NCBI GenBank assembly: GCA_044229145.1
Contig: JBGATO010000001.1
Span: 32,001-96,000 of the forward strand
Direction of reading: 5' to 3'
From: Candidatus Eiseniibacteriota bacterium
Lineage (GTDB): Bacteria; Eisenbacteria; RBG-16-71-46; CAZEPH01
DNA: 64,000 bases
The notes beneath the pieces were generated by a model. The model saw nothing but the letters and a program-made list of their open reading frames with translations, did no database searches and was not told where the DNA came from. This document shows, in pieces, positions 7,694-16,976 of the stretch (position 1 is the first letter of the stretch; each line of letters starts with the position of its first letter). A program made the translations under genes and the position numbers.

Positions 7694-9259
7694 TCAGGCC
7701 GACGGGATGGTGTGGCCGGCGAGCAGGCTGGTGCCGGTCATGCGCGGGTGCGGCGGAATGCCCATGAGGGCCAGCAATGTCGGCGAGACATCGGCCAGAC
7801 GCCCGGCCGCGAGCCCGCACTGCAGACCGCGCGGGGGAATGAGGTGGAGCGGCACCGGATTCAGGGTGTGCGCGGTATGCGGTTCACCGGTGAGCGGGTC
7901 ACGCATCATCTCGGCATTGCCGTGGTCGGCGGTCAGGAGGAGTACGGCGCCGGTCTCTTCCACGGCGCGCACGATCTCGCCCACCGCGCGGTCCACCGCC
8001 TCGATCGCCTTCAGCGTCGGCTCCATCATGCCGGTGTGCCCCACCATGTCCGCATTGGCGAAGTTGCACACGGTGAGCGCGTAGCGCCCGCCGCGAATGC
8101 GCTGCACGACTTCGGCACCGACCTCGGGCGCGCTCATCTCCGGCTGCAGGTCATAGGTCGCCACCTTGGGCGACGGGATCAGGCAGCGGTCTTCCTGCGG
8201 CCACGGCTGTTCGATGCCGCCGCTGAAGAAGTACGTGACGTGCGCGTACTTCTCGGTCTCCGCGATGCGCAATTGCGCGAGGCCGAGGCCGCCGACGATC
8301 TCGCCGATGGTGTGATCGAGCAGTTGCGGCGGATACGCGACAGGCACGTCGAGCGTCGCGTCGTACATCGTCAACGTGGCGACGTGAACGCGCGGACGGC
8401 GCGGGCGCGCGAAGCCGTCGAATGCGGCGTCGGTGAGCGCGCGGGTGATTTCGCGGGCACGGTCGGGGCGGAAGTTGAAAACGAGGACACTGTCGCCGTC
8501 GGCGATCGGTGCGCGCGGGGTGCCGTCGGTGCGGCGGATCACGGTGGGCTGCACGAACTCGTCGTTCTCGTCGCGCGCGTACGCGGCTTCCACGGCGTCG
8601 CGCGCCGACGATGCGCTCGCCCCTTCGCCATCGACGAGTACCGCCCAGCCGCGCTGCACGCGCTCCCAGCGCTTGTCGCGATCCATCGTGTAGTAGCGGC
8701 CGGCGACGCTGGCGATCTCGCCGGTGCCGCACGACGCCAACGCGGCTTCGAGCCGTTCGAGGTAGCCGAGCGCCGAACGTGGCGGCACGTCGCGTCCATC
8801 GAGCAACGCATGGATCGCGATGCGCCGCGCCCCGCGATCGCGCGCCAACCGCACCAGCGCTTCGAGATGATCTAGGTGACTGTGTACACCGCCGTCACTC
8901 ACCAAACCGAGCAGATGCAGCGTGCCGCCGCCACGCACCGCGACGTCCACCGCTTCGCACAACACGGGATTGGTGAAGAAGTCGCCGTCGCGGATCGCCT
9001 TGCTGATGCGCGTGAGTTCCTGGTACACGATGCGGCCGGCGCCCATGTTCATGTGGCCGACTTCCGAGTTGCCCATCTGCCCGTCGGGCAGCCCGACGGC
9101 CTCACCGCACGTCACCAGCTGCGACATGGGATAGAGCGCGGCGAGGCGGTCCATCGCCGGCGTGTGCGCGAGCGCGATGGCGTTGTCCTCCCGTTCGGCG
9201 CGGAGTCCCCAGCCATCGAGGACGACGAGCACCGCGGGGTGGATCGGGCGATCGGCCAT
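7694..9259 (-). CDS. gpmI: 2,3-bisphosphoglycerate-independent phosphoglycerate mutase
   Basis: LDGWG, GQMGNSEVGH, SDGGVHSH, AETEKYAHVT, NADMVGHTG, TADHGN. Confidence 0.97.
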   Translation of the reverse strand: MADRPIHPAVLVVLDGWGLRAEREDNAIALAHTPAMDRLAALYPMSQLVTCGEAVGLPDGQMGNSEVGHMNMGAGRIVYQELTRISKAIRDGDFFTNPVLCEAVDVAVRGGGTLHLLGLVSDGGVHSHLDHLEALVRLARDRGARRIAIHALLDGRDVPPRSALGYLERLEAALASCGTGEIASVAGRYYTMDRDKRWERVQRGWAVLVDGEGASASSARDAVEAAYARDENDEFVQPTVIRRTDGTPRAPIADGDSVLVFNFRPDRAREITRALTDAAFDGFARPRRPRVHVATLTMYDATLDVPVAYPPQLLDHTIGEIVGGLGLAQLRIAETEKYAHVTYFFSGGIEQPWPQEDRCLIPSPKVATYDLQPEMSAPEVGAEVVQRIRGGRYALTVCNFANADMVGHTGMMEPTLKAIEAVDRAVGEIVRAVEETGAVLLLTADHGNAEMMRDPLTGEPHTAHTLNPVPLHLIPPRGLQCGLAAGRLADVSPTLLALMGIPPHPRMTGTSLLAGHTIPSA

Positions 9260-9265
9260 GCGCGT

Positions 9266-9598
9266 CTACCAGTACAACATGCGGCCGCAGCTCTCGCACA
9301 ACTGCGGATCGGCCTGATTCGGGTTCGGCGGCAGCGCGCCGGTCGGCATCGCGTTGAAACAGCCCATGCACATGCGATCGTCCACCGGCACCACGGCGCG
9401 GCCATAGCGCTCGCGCAGGCGCTCGTAGAGTTTGAGCCAGCGCGGCGGAATGTCGGCGGCGAGGTTCTCGCGCGCCACACGAATCTTTTCGACGTTCTGC
9501 ACCTTGAATCCGAGTTCCGCCTCGAGCCCGCCGGCATCGCGGATCATGTTGTCGAGGTCCTGCAGCTTCACGAGCTGCGCCAGCACGCTATCCTTCAA
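9266..9598 (-). CDS. Short C4-type zinc-ribbon protein (CT398/DUF164-like)
   Basis: LQDLD, YERLR..YG.AV, CMGC...CESCGRMLY; start overlaps the PTS IIA stop. Confidence 0.85.
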   Translation of the reverse strand: MKDSVLAQLVKLQDLDNMIRDAGGLEAELGFKVQNVEKIRVARENLAADIPPRWLKLYERLRERYGRAVVPVDDRMCMGCFNAMPTGALPPNPNQADPQLCESCGRMLYW

Positions 9599-10097
9599 AG
9601 CGGTGAGCCTCCACGCAGGCGACGAACTCGTCGAACGTCTCGACCTTGAGCAGCTTCTTGCGGCTCGCCGCGTCCTTCACCAAGTCGACCACGCGGCCGA
9701 GCACCGTGAGGTAGCGGCTCTCCTTGTCCTGCGGCGGCGCGACGATGAGGAAGATGTGGTGGACCGGCTTGTCGTCGATCGCATCGAACGGAATGCCGTC
9801 GAGACTGCGCCCCACCACCACCACTAGCTCGCGCACCGACAGGCTGCGGCCGTGCGGCAGCGCCACGCCCTTGCCGATGCCTGTCGAGCCGAGGCTCTCG
9901 CGCCGGTGCAGCATGTCGAGCAGCAGCGCGCGATCGCGCACCCCACCCCGCTCGACGAGCGCATCGAGCATCTCCTCGAGTGCGGCGTCCTTGGTGGTGG
10001 CGGTGAGATGCGGCAAGAACAGTTCGGCGGTGAAGCATTTGAGGAATTCGCGGATGGCGGGGGCCACCGCGGGCGCGGCAGCGGTCTTCTTGGCCAT
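9588..10097 (-). CDS. PTS sugar/nitrogen-regulatory EIIA component
   Basis: RESLGSTGIGKGVALPHGR phospho-His motif, GIPFDAIDDKPVH. Confidence 0.92.
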   Translation of the reverse strand: MAKKTAAAPAVAPAIREFLKCFTAELFLPHLTATTKDAALEEMLDALVERGGVRDRALLLDMLHRRESLGSTGIGKGVALPHGRSLSVRELVVVVGRSLDGIPFDAIDDKPVHHIFLIVAPPQDKESRYLTVLGRVVDLVKDAASRKKLLKVETFDEFVACVEAHRFEG

Positions 10098-10134
10098 GAT
10101 CGGGATCTGACCTCCCTGAGTACGGTGCGGCGCC

Positions 10135-10163
10135 ACCCTAGCACCGGCGGGCAGGCCGGGCAA
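10135..10163 (-). promoter_or_regulatory. Sigma70-type promoter for the PTS IIA-zinc ribbon-gpmI operon
   Basis: TTGCCC-N17-TAGGGT with an extended -10 TG. Confidence 0.55.
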
Positions 10164-10202
10164 GTCACCCGACCGGACCGCGCGGGGTCCGGGCCGAAAG
10201 CG

Positions 10203-10230
10203 CCGAGGGCGCCGTCGCCGGCGCCCTCGG
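10203..10230 (-). terminator. Hairpin downstream of rpiB-glyA
   Basis: Perfect 12 bp stem CCGAGGGCGCCG/CGGCGCCCTCGG with a GCGA loop on the minus strand; no clear U-tract. Confidence 0.5.
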
Positions 10231-10255
10231 AGGTGTTCTGTGATGTCCGCGACCG

Positions 10256-11962
10256 CTATACGGCGCCGAGGTCCGCGCGCAGGCCGTGGTAGATCGGGAA
10301 GCGGCGGCACAGCGTCTCGACGTCGTGGCGCACCGACGCCGCCACCGTGGCGTCGCCGATGTTGTCGAGCACCTTGCCCACCAGCGCGGCGATCTGCTCC
10401 ATCTCTGCCTCGCCCATGCCGCGCGAGGTAATGGCCGGCGTCCCGATGCGCACGCCGCTGGTCACCGCCGGCTTCTGCGGGTCGTACGGAATCGCGTTCT
10501 TGTTGACCGTGATGCCGGCGGCGTGGAGCGCATGTTCCGCGTCCTTGCCCGTGACACCACGCGGTCGCAGGTCGACGAGCAGCGCGTGCGTGTCGGTGCC
10601 ACCGCTCACCATGCGCACACCGGCCTTCGTGAGTCCCGCCGCCAACGCCTGCGCATTGTCGATCACCTGCTTCGCGTAGGCGCGGAACTCCGGCTGCTGC
10701 GCCTCGAGGAAACACACTGCCTTCGCCGCGATGACGTGCATCAGCGGGCCGCCCTGCATGCCGGGGAACGCGACCTTGTCCACCGCCGCCGCGTGTTCGC
10801 TGCGGCACAGGATGAGTCCGCCGCGCGGACCGCGGAGCGTCTTGTGCGTCGTCGTGGTCACGATGTCGGCGAACGGCACCGGGCTCGGGTGCAACCCCGC
10901 GGCGACGAGTCCGGCGATGTGCGCCATGTCCACCACCAGCTTCGCCCCGACTTCATCGGCGATCGAACGGAACGCGGCGAAGTTGAGCACGCGCGGATAC
11001 GCCGACGCGCCGGCGACGAGGATGTCCGGCCGCACCTCGAGCGCCTGCTTGCGCACCTCGTCGTAGTCGATGGTCTCGGTGGTTTCGCTCACGCCGTACT
11101 GTGCGGTCTTGAAGAAGCGGCCGCTGAACGACACCGAGTGCCCGTGCGTGAGGTGCCCGCCGTGCGGCAGCTTGAGACCCATGAGAGTGGCGCCCGGCTC
11201 GACCAGCGCGAAGTACGCGATCATGTTCGCGGTGGCGCCGGAGTGCGGCTGCACGTTGGCGTGGTCGGCGCCGAACAACTGCTTCGCGCGCTCGATCGCC
11301 AGCGATTCCGCGACGTCGACGTGCTCACAGCCACCGTAGTACCGCTTGCCGGGATAGCCTTCGGCGTACTTGTTGGTGAGCGGCGAACCGAGCGCCTCGA
11401 GCACCGCTTCGCTGACGATGTTCTCGCTGGCGATGAGTTCGAGCGTGAGCTGCTGGCGCTCGATCTCGTGCTGGATGGCCGCGTGGACTTCGGGGTCGCG
11501 CGCGGCGACCTTCGTCCAGCGCTGGTCGGCTTCCGCCGCGGAGATCTGCGCGACGCGACGGGCGTGACGGCCGCCCTCGAACGGCGCGCCGAGGAACGCG
11601 TCGACGATCGTCTTCGGCGTGTCGCCGGCGAGGTCGTCGGCACCGAGCACCACGACATTGGCGTCGTTGTGCGCGCGGGCGCGCGTCGCGTCGGCGGCCG
11701 AGCCGCAGACCACGGCGCGCACGCCATTGCCCTTGTTGGCGGCGATCGCCATGCCGAAGCCGCTGCCGCACACCAGCACGCCGCGCGTCGCGGCGCCGGA
11801 GGCGATGTCGGCCGCGACCTGCGCGGCGAAGAGCGGGTAGTCGACAGCGGTCTCGTCGTGCGTGCCGTGGTCGATCACGTCATGTCCGGCGGCGCGCACG
11901 TGCGCCACCAGCTGCGCCAAACAGGCGGCGCCGCGGTGGTCAGCTGCGAAGGCGATGGTCAT
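10256..11962 (-). CDS. glyA: Fused ribose-5-phosphate isomerase B / serine hydroxymethyltransferase
   Basis: About the first 145 aa are RpiB (DHRG, DYP, VCGSGFG, HNDANV, FEGGRH..R); the rest is SHMT ([38 protein letters not shown]); one continuous ORF. Confidence 0.95.
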   Translation of the reverse strand: MTIAFAADHRGAACLAQLVAHVRAAGHDVIDHGTHDETAVDYPLFAAQVAADIASGAATRGVLVCGSGFGMAIAANKGNGVRAVVCGSAADATRARAHNDANVVVLGADDLAGDTPKTIVDAFLGAPFEGGRHARRVAQISAAEADQRWTKVAARDPEVHAAIQHEIERQQLTLELIASENIVSEAVLEALGSPLTNKYAEGYPGKRYYGGCEHVDVAESLAIERAKQLFGADHANVQPHSGATANMIAYFALVEPGATLMGLKLPHGGHLTHGHSVSFSGRFFKTAQYGVSETTETIDYDEVRKQALEVRPDILVAGASAYPRVLNFAAFRSIADEVGAKLVVDMAHIAGLVAAGLHPSPVPFADIVTTTTHKTLRGPRGGLILCRSEHAAAVDKVAFPGMQGGPLMHVIAAKAVCFLEAQQPEFRAYAKQVIDNAQALAAGLTKAGVRMVSGGTDTHALLVDLRPRGVTGKDAEHALHAAGITVNKNAIPYDPQKPAVTSGVRIGTPAITSRGMGEAEMEQIAALVGKVLDNIGDATVAASVRHDVETLCRRFPIYHGLRADLGAV

Positions 11963-11986
11963 CGAGTGTCCTTGGATGGCGAACGA

Positions 11987-12946
11987 TCAACCGCGCGTCG
12001 GCGCGGCGGCGCCGCGCGGCGCCTCGTGATGGAGCCAGCGGTAGCGATCCGGAGCCGTGCCCTGCAGGATGCCGAAGAACGCTTCCTGCAGTTTCTGCGT
12101 GACAGGGCCGCGGCGGCCGGTGCCCACCGGCTGGCGGTCGATGGTACCGATCGGCGTGATCTCGGCGGCGGTGCCGGTGAAGAACGCTTCGTCAGCGATG
12201 TACAGCATCTCGCGCGGGATCGCTTCCTCACGCACCGGGATGCCGAGGTCGGCGGCCAGCGTCATCACGCAGTCGCGCGTGATCCCGGGCAGCACGCTCG
12301 ACGCCAACGGCGGCGTGAGCAACGTCCCGCGCCAGTAGACGAACAGATTCTCGCCCGAGCCTTCGCTGACGCGGCCCGAACTGTCGAGCGCGATGCCTTC
12401 GTCGTAGCCATCCTCGCGCGCTTCCATCTTGATCAACTGCGAGTTCATGTAGTTCGCCGCGCTCTTGGCGAGCGTCGGCAGCGTGTTCGGCGCCAAGCGC
12501 GTCCACGACGACACGCGCACGTTGGCGCCCTTCTCGAACGCTTCCGGCCCGAGGTACTTGCCCCACGCGAAGCCGGCCACCGCGACATCGACCGGGAAGC
12601 CGGCCGGATCCACACCGAGCGACTTGCCGTTGTAGCCGAGGAAGACCACCGGGCGCAGATAGCATTCCTCGAACTCGTTGTCGCGCACCACGGCGTCGCA
12701 CGCCTCGATCAACGTCTCGATCGGGAACGGCACGGCCATGCGGTAGATCTTGCACGAATCGTAGAGGCGCTCGAGGTGGCGTTCGAGACGGAAGATCGCC
12801 GGGCCTTGCGGCGTCGAGTAACAGCGAATGCCTTCGAACAAACTGCTGCCGTAGTGGACGACGTGCGAGAGAAGGTGAATCTGGGCCTCGTTCCACGGCA
12901 CCATCTTCCCGTTGAACCAGATTGTCGAACGGGTGTCGAACGGCAT
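11987..12946 (-). CDS. ilvE: Branched-chain amino acid aminotransferase
   Basis: HYGSSLFEG, YLRP, AK.AANY, EGSGENLF, LPGITR, FTGTAAE. Confidence 0.96.
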   Translation of the reverse strand: MPFDTRSTIWFNGKMVPWNEAQIHLLSHVVHYGSSLFEGIRCYSTPQGPAIFRLERHLERLYDSCKIYRMAVPFPIETLIEACDAVVRDNEFEECYLRPVVFLGYNGKSLGVDPAGFPVDVAVAGFAWGKYLGPEAFEKGANVRVSSWTRLAPNTLPTLAKSAANYMNSQLIKMEAREDGYDEGIALDSSGRVSEGSGENLFVYWRGTLLTPPLASSVLPGITRDCVMTLAADLGIPVREEAIPREMLYIADEAFFTGTAAEITPIGTIDRQPVGTGRRGPVTQKLQEAFFGILQGTAPDRYRWLHHEAPRGAAAPTRG

Positions 12947-12957
12947 GGGTGGCTCCT

Positions 12958-13494
12958 TCAGGTTCCGGGCGTCCCGGGTTCGCGCGATGCGCTCCCGGCT
13001 CCGGGGTGAGCGGCTGGCGCCGCGCCGGCTGCGCGCAACGCGATCTCCGGCAGAATGCGCCGGATGTGCGCATCGAGGTCGTGGATCGTCTGCGTGTATT
13101 CGGACAAGTCGCCGCCAAACGGATCGGGGACGCCCGGCGCTTCAGGGTCCGCCGAGGGACCGAAGCGCGTGAGCAAGTGCGTGCGATCCGCAGCCTCAGG
13201 GACCTCACGGATCACCGCATCATGGTGCGAACGCCCCAGAGCCAGAACAAGGTCCGCGCGACGGACCAATTCCCGCGTCAGCGGCTGTGCGAGATGCCGG
13301 GAGAGATCGGCGCCGAGCGATGCGGCCGCCAAGATCGCGTTGAGCGCCGCCGGCTCCCCCTCCGCGGCGGCCGTGCCGGCGGACACCACCTGGACCCCGC
13401 CGATCGCGGCCTCGCTCAGACGATGCCGCAAGACCGCTTCCGCCATCGGACTACGGCAGGTGTTGCCCGAGCACACGAACAGGATCGTCAACAT
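12958..13494 (-). CDS. Low-molecular-weight protein phosphatase, YwlE-like (probable arginine phosphatase)
   Basis: CSGNTCRS P-loop, DPFGG; lies between tsaC and rpiB-glyA, as in the B. subtilis ywlC-ywlE-ywlF-glyA order. Confidence 0.88.
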   Translation of the reverse strand: MLTILFVCSGNTCRSPMAEAVLRHRLSEAAIGGVQVVSAGTAAAEGEPAALNAILAAASLGADLSRHLAQPLTRELVRRADLVLALGRSHHDAVIREVPEAADRTHLLTRFGPSADPEAPGVPDPFGGDLSEYTQTIHDLDAHIRRILPEIALRAAGAAPAAHPGAGSASREPGTPGT

Positions 13495-13539
13495 GGCGGC
13501 GGCAACCTCCTCGCGACGGCGCTCTGACGCTGTGCGCCG

Positions 13540-13569
13540 ATATTAGGAAGCCGCGCGAACGGGCGTCAA
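13540..13569 (-). promoter_or_regulatory. Sigma70-type promoter for the phosphatase-ilvE-rpiB/glyA operon
   Basis: TTGACG-N18-TAATAT. Confidence 0.65.
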
Positions 13570-13597
13570 GGCGACCCCGGCACCCGCCCGGCGCGGT

Positions 13598-14245
13598 CTA
13601 CGTGTCCAGCACCAGCCGGTCGATGATCAGCTCGCCCACCCGCACCAGGCGCGGCGGGTGCTGGCTGACGTCGACGATGGTCGACGGTGCGGTGTGCTGC
13701 GGTGCGCCACCATCGACGATGAGATCCACCGCGTCCCCAAATGCCTCGGCGATCGCGGCGGCGGACGCGAGAGGCGGCTGGCCCGACGGATTGGCCGACG
13801 TGCTGGTGAGCGGCGCTCCCGTGCTGCGGAGCAACGTCTGGAGGAACAGGTTCGCCGGGCACCGGATGGCCACCGTGCCGCCCTCGCCCAGCACCTGCGG
13901 CTCCAGCGTCGGGCGGCCGCCGAACAGCATGGTGAGCGGACCCGGCCAGTAGCGGTCCATCAGCTCGATGGCCGCGGGCGGCACCTGGCGGACCAAGCGC
14001 AAAACGTCGCCAGGCTGTTCGACCAGGAGGATGAGGCCCTTGGAGGCGTCGCGCCCCTTGAGGTCGAGGATACGCGCCAGCGCGCCCGGCCGGTCGGCCC
14101 GGCAGCTGAGGCCGTAGATGGTGTCGGTCGGCACGGCGACCACGCCGTCGTGCTCCAGCACGGTGGCGACATCGCGGCAGACTTCCGGCAGCGGCGTGCG
14201 GTCCAGAGGGATGATGCGGGGTGATCCCACGCGGGTCTCCTTCAA
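13598..14245 (-). CDS. tsaC: L-threonylcarbamoyladenylate synthase (TsaC/YrdC)
   Basis: PTDTIYGL, KGR..K, WPGPLT, STSANPSG, PSTIVD. Confidence 0.93.
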   Translation of the reverse strand: MKETRVGSPRIIPLDRTPLPEVCRDVATVLEHDGVVAVPTDTIYGLSCRADRPGALARILDLKGRDASKGLILLVEQPGDVLRLVRQVPPAAIELMDRYWPGPLTMLFGGRPTLEPQVLGEGGTVAIRCPANLFLQTLLRSTGAPLTSTSANPSGQPPLASAAAIAEAFGDAVDLIVDGGAPQHTAPSTIVDVSQHPPRLVRVGELIIDRLVLDT

Positions 14246-15534
14246 GTCGTGTGCGCGGGCAAACCCGATGTCTGCCCGATGTCACGGCGATACTGCATGC
14301 CGTCGAAGTGGATGGCGTCGATGCGGCGCTCCGCCGCGGCGCGCGCCGCGGCGGCGGTCACGCCGCGCCCGGTGACGGCCAGCACGCGGCCTCCGGCGAC
14401 GCGGAGGATGCCATCGTCGTCCCGGCGGGTGCCGGCGTGGAACACCAGCGCGTCGCCGTCGCCCGCCGGACCGTCGGCGCCCACGATGGCGGCGCCGGCG
14501 CGCGGGGCGTCCGGGTAGCCCTCGGTCGCCACCACCACCGTGTGGGCGAAGCCGTCGCGGACCGTCACCGCCGCGCGCTGCAGTTCGCCGCGCGCCGCCG
14601 CTTCGAACGCGTCGGTAACCTCGGGAGCGAGCAGCGGCAGGACTGCCTCGGCCTCGGGATCCCCGAAGCGACAGTTGTACTCGATGACACGCGGCCCGTC
14701 AGCCGTCCACATGAGGCCGACGTAGAGCACCCCGACGAACCGCCGGTCTTCGGACGCCAGGCCGCGCAGGGTCGGCGCCACGATGGTCCGCTCGACGAGC
14801 GCCAGGTCCGCGGCGGTCACGTCCGGCAGCGGCGCCACCACGCCCATGCCGCCGGTGTTCGGGCCGCGGTCGCCGTCCAGGAGCCGCTTGTGGTCGCGGG
14901 CGGCCGGAAGCAGCCGCCACGTCTCCCCGTCGGTGAGTGCGAGCACGGTACACTCCGGGCCGCGCAGGCACTCCTCGATGACGAGCGTGTCGCCGGCCTC
15001 GCCGAGCGTGCGGTCCTCGAGGAGGGATGTCACCACGGCGTCGGCCTCGGCACGCGTGGCGCAGACGAACGCACCCTTGCCCGCCGCCAACCCGCTCGCC
15101 TTCACCACCACCGGGGCGCCAAAGCGATCCACGGCCGCCCGCGCGGCCGCCGCGCTGTCGCACACCGCGAACCCGGCGGTGGGGATCGCGTGCCGCGCCA
15201 TGAATTCCTTCGCCCAGGCTTTGGAGCCTTCGATGGCAGCAGCACGCGCCGACGGGCCGAAGACCGGCACGCCCGCGGCACGCAACGCGTCCGCGACACC
15301 CCGCACCAACGGCGCCTCGGGACCGACGATCGCCCACGACACGCCGTGGGACGTGGCCAGGCCCGCGATGGCGTCGAGATCGCCCATCTGGCACGGCACG
15401 ATGTCCGCGCCCTCGGCCGCGATGCCGGGATTGCCCGGCGCATTCAGCAGTCGCGCCGACGGAGCGCCGCGGCGCAGCGTCCACGCCAATGTGTGCTCTC
15501 GACCGCCACCGCCCAACAACAGCACCGCACTCAT
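14242..15534 (-). CDS. purD: Phosphoribosylamine-glycine ligase
   Basis: GGGGREH, PGNPG, GPEAPL, EGSK, KASGLAAGKG, DHKR, GPNTGGMG, EYNCRFGDPE. Confidence 0.96.
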   Translation of the reverse strand: MSAVLLLGGGGREHTLAWTLRRGAPSARLLNAPGNPGIAAEGADIVPCQMGDLDAIAGLATSHGVSWAIVGPEAPLVRGVADALRAAGVPVFGPSARAAAIEGSKAWAKEFMARHAIPTAGFAVCDSAAAARAAVDRFGAPVVVKASGLAAGKGAFVCATRAEADAVVTSLLEDRTLGEAGDTLVIEECLRGPECTVLALTDGETWRLLPAARDHKRLLDGDRGPNTGGMGVVAPLPDVTAADLALVERTIVAPTLRGLASEDRRFVGVLYVGLMWTADGPRVIEYNCRFGDPEAEAVLPLLAPEVTDAFEAAARGELQRAAVTVRDGFAHTVVVATEGYPDAPRAGAAIVGADGPAGDGDALVFHAGTRRDDDGILRVAGGRVLAVTGRGVTAAAARAAAERRIDAIHFDGMQYRRDIGQTSGLPAHTT

Positions 15535-16976
15535 CCGGCGAGTTCCTCCTTCAGCACGCGCTGCAGCACGTCAGGGTGTGCGCGGCCGCGCGTCGCCTTC
15601 ATGGTTTGGCCGATGAAGAACTGGAACACCTTGTCCTGGCCGCTGCGATACTGCGCCAGCTGTGACGGACTCGAGGCCAGCACCTCGCGCACCGCGGCGC
15701 GCAGCGCTTCCGGATCGGCAATCTGGGTCAGCCCCTTCGCCGCGACGATGGCGCGCGGACTGCCGCCGCCCGCCACCATTTCTTCGAAGACTTCCTTCGC
15801 CACCTTGCCGTTGACGGTGCCGTCCTCGAGCAGGAGCAACAACTCGGTGAGCGCCGCGGCCGAGACCGGGATGTCCGACGCCTTCACGCCGCGGCCGGTG
15901 ATCACGCGGCGCAGCTCGGTCATGATCCAGTTGCTCGCTTGCTTGGGCGGCACGCCGCCTGCCACCACGGTCTCGAAGTAGTCGGCCAGCGTCCGTGTGT
16001 CGGCGAGGATCGCCGCATCGTACGCCGGGAGCCCGTAGGCGGTCTCGAACCGCTCCTCGCGCGCCCACGGCAGTTCAGGCATCTCGGCCCGCACCGCGTC
16101 GATCCAGGCGCGACTGACCCGCAGCGGCGGCAAGTCAGGCTCCGGGAAGTAGCGGTAGTCGTGCGCGTCTTCCTTCGTCCGCATCACCTCGCAGCGGTCG
16201 GTGGCGGGGTCGTAGAGCAACGTCGCCTGCTGCACCGTGCCGCCGGCTTCCAACACGCCGACCTGGCGCTCTGCCTCGAAGGCGAGCGCGCGCTCGACGT
16301 GACGGAACGAGTTGAGGTTCTTGATCTCGGTGCGCGTGCCGAACGGCGTGCCCGGCAGGTGGACCGAGACGTTGGCGTCGGCACGCAGCGAACCTTCCTC
16401 CATGTTGCCGTCGCTGATGCCGAGATACTGCACCAACTGCCGCAACGCGGTGAGGTACGCGCCGGCTTCTTCTGGCGATCGCATCACCGGCTCGGTGACG
16501 ATCTCACACAGCGGCGTCCCGGCGCGATTGAGATCGATGCCGGTCACCTGCTCGTGGTGATCGTGTTCGGGATGCAGCGACTTGCCGGCATCCTCCTCGA
16601 GGTGCACGCGCACCAGCGGCACGTCGCGGCGCTCGCCGCGCAACCGCGACACGATGCGGCCGCCAGTGGCGATCGGCTTGTCGTACTGCGAGATCTGATA
16701 GCCCTTTGGCAGATCGGGATAGAAGTAGTTCTTGCGCGACCACACCGATTCCTCGTGGATCTCGGCGCCCACCGCGAGGAGCAGCTTGAGCGCGAGATCG
16801 ATGGCGTGGCGGTTGGGCACCGGCAGCGCGCCCGGCAGTCCAAGACACGTCGGACACACATGCGTGTTCGGGGCGACCCCGAACCGCGTCGAGCAGCGGC
16901 AGAACATCTTCGTCGCGGTGAGCAACTGCACGTGGGTTTCGATGCCGATGACGATTTCGTATCCGCGCAGCAGCAT
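15531..16976 (-). CDS. gatB: Asp/Glu-tRNA amidotransferase subunit B
   Basis: IGIETHVQL, RKNYFYPDLPKGYQISQ, HLEEDAGK, DYRYFPEPDL. Confidence 0.97.
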   Translation of the reverse strand: MLLRGYEIVIGIETHVQLLTATKMFCRCSTRFGVAPNTHVCPTCLGLPGALPVPNRHAIDLALKLLLAVGAEIHEESVWSRKNYFYPDLPKGYQISQYDKPIATGGRIVSRLRGERRDVPLVRVHLEEDAGKSLHPEHDHHEQVTGIDLNRAGTPLCEIVTEPVMRSPEEAGAYLTALRQLVQYLGISDGNMEEGSLRADANVSVHLPGTPFGTRTEIKNLNSFRHVERALAFEAERQVGVLEAGGTVQQATLLYDPATDRCEVMRTKEDAHDYRYFPEPDLPPLRVSRAWIDAVRAEMPELPWAREERFETAYGLPAYDAAILADTRTLADYFETVVAGGVPPKQASNWIMTELRRVITGRGVKASDIPVSAAALTELLLLLEDGTVNGKVAKEVFEEMVAGGGSPRAIVAAKGLTQIADPEALRAAVREVLASSPSQLAQYRSGQDKVFQFFIGQTMKATRGRAHPDVLQRVLKEELAG

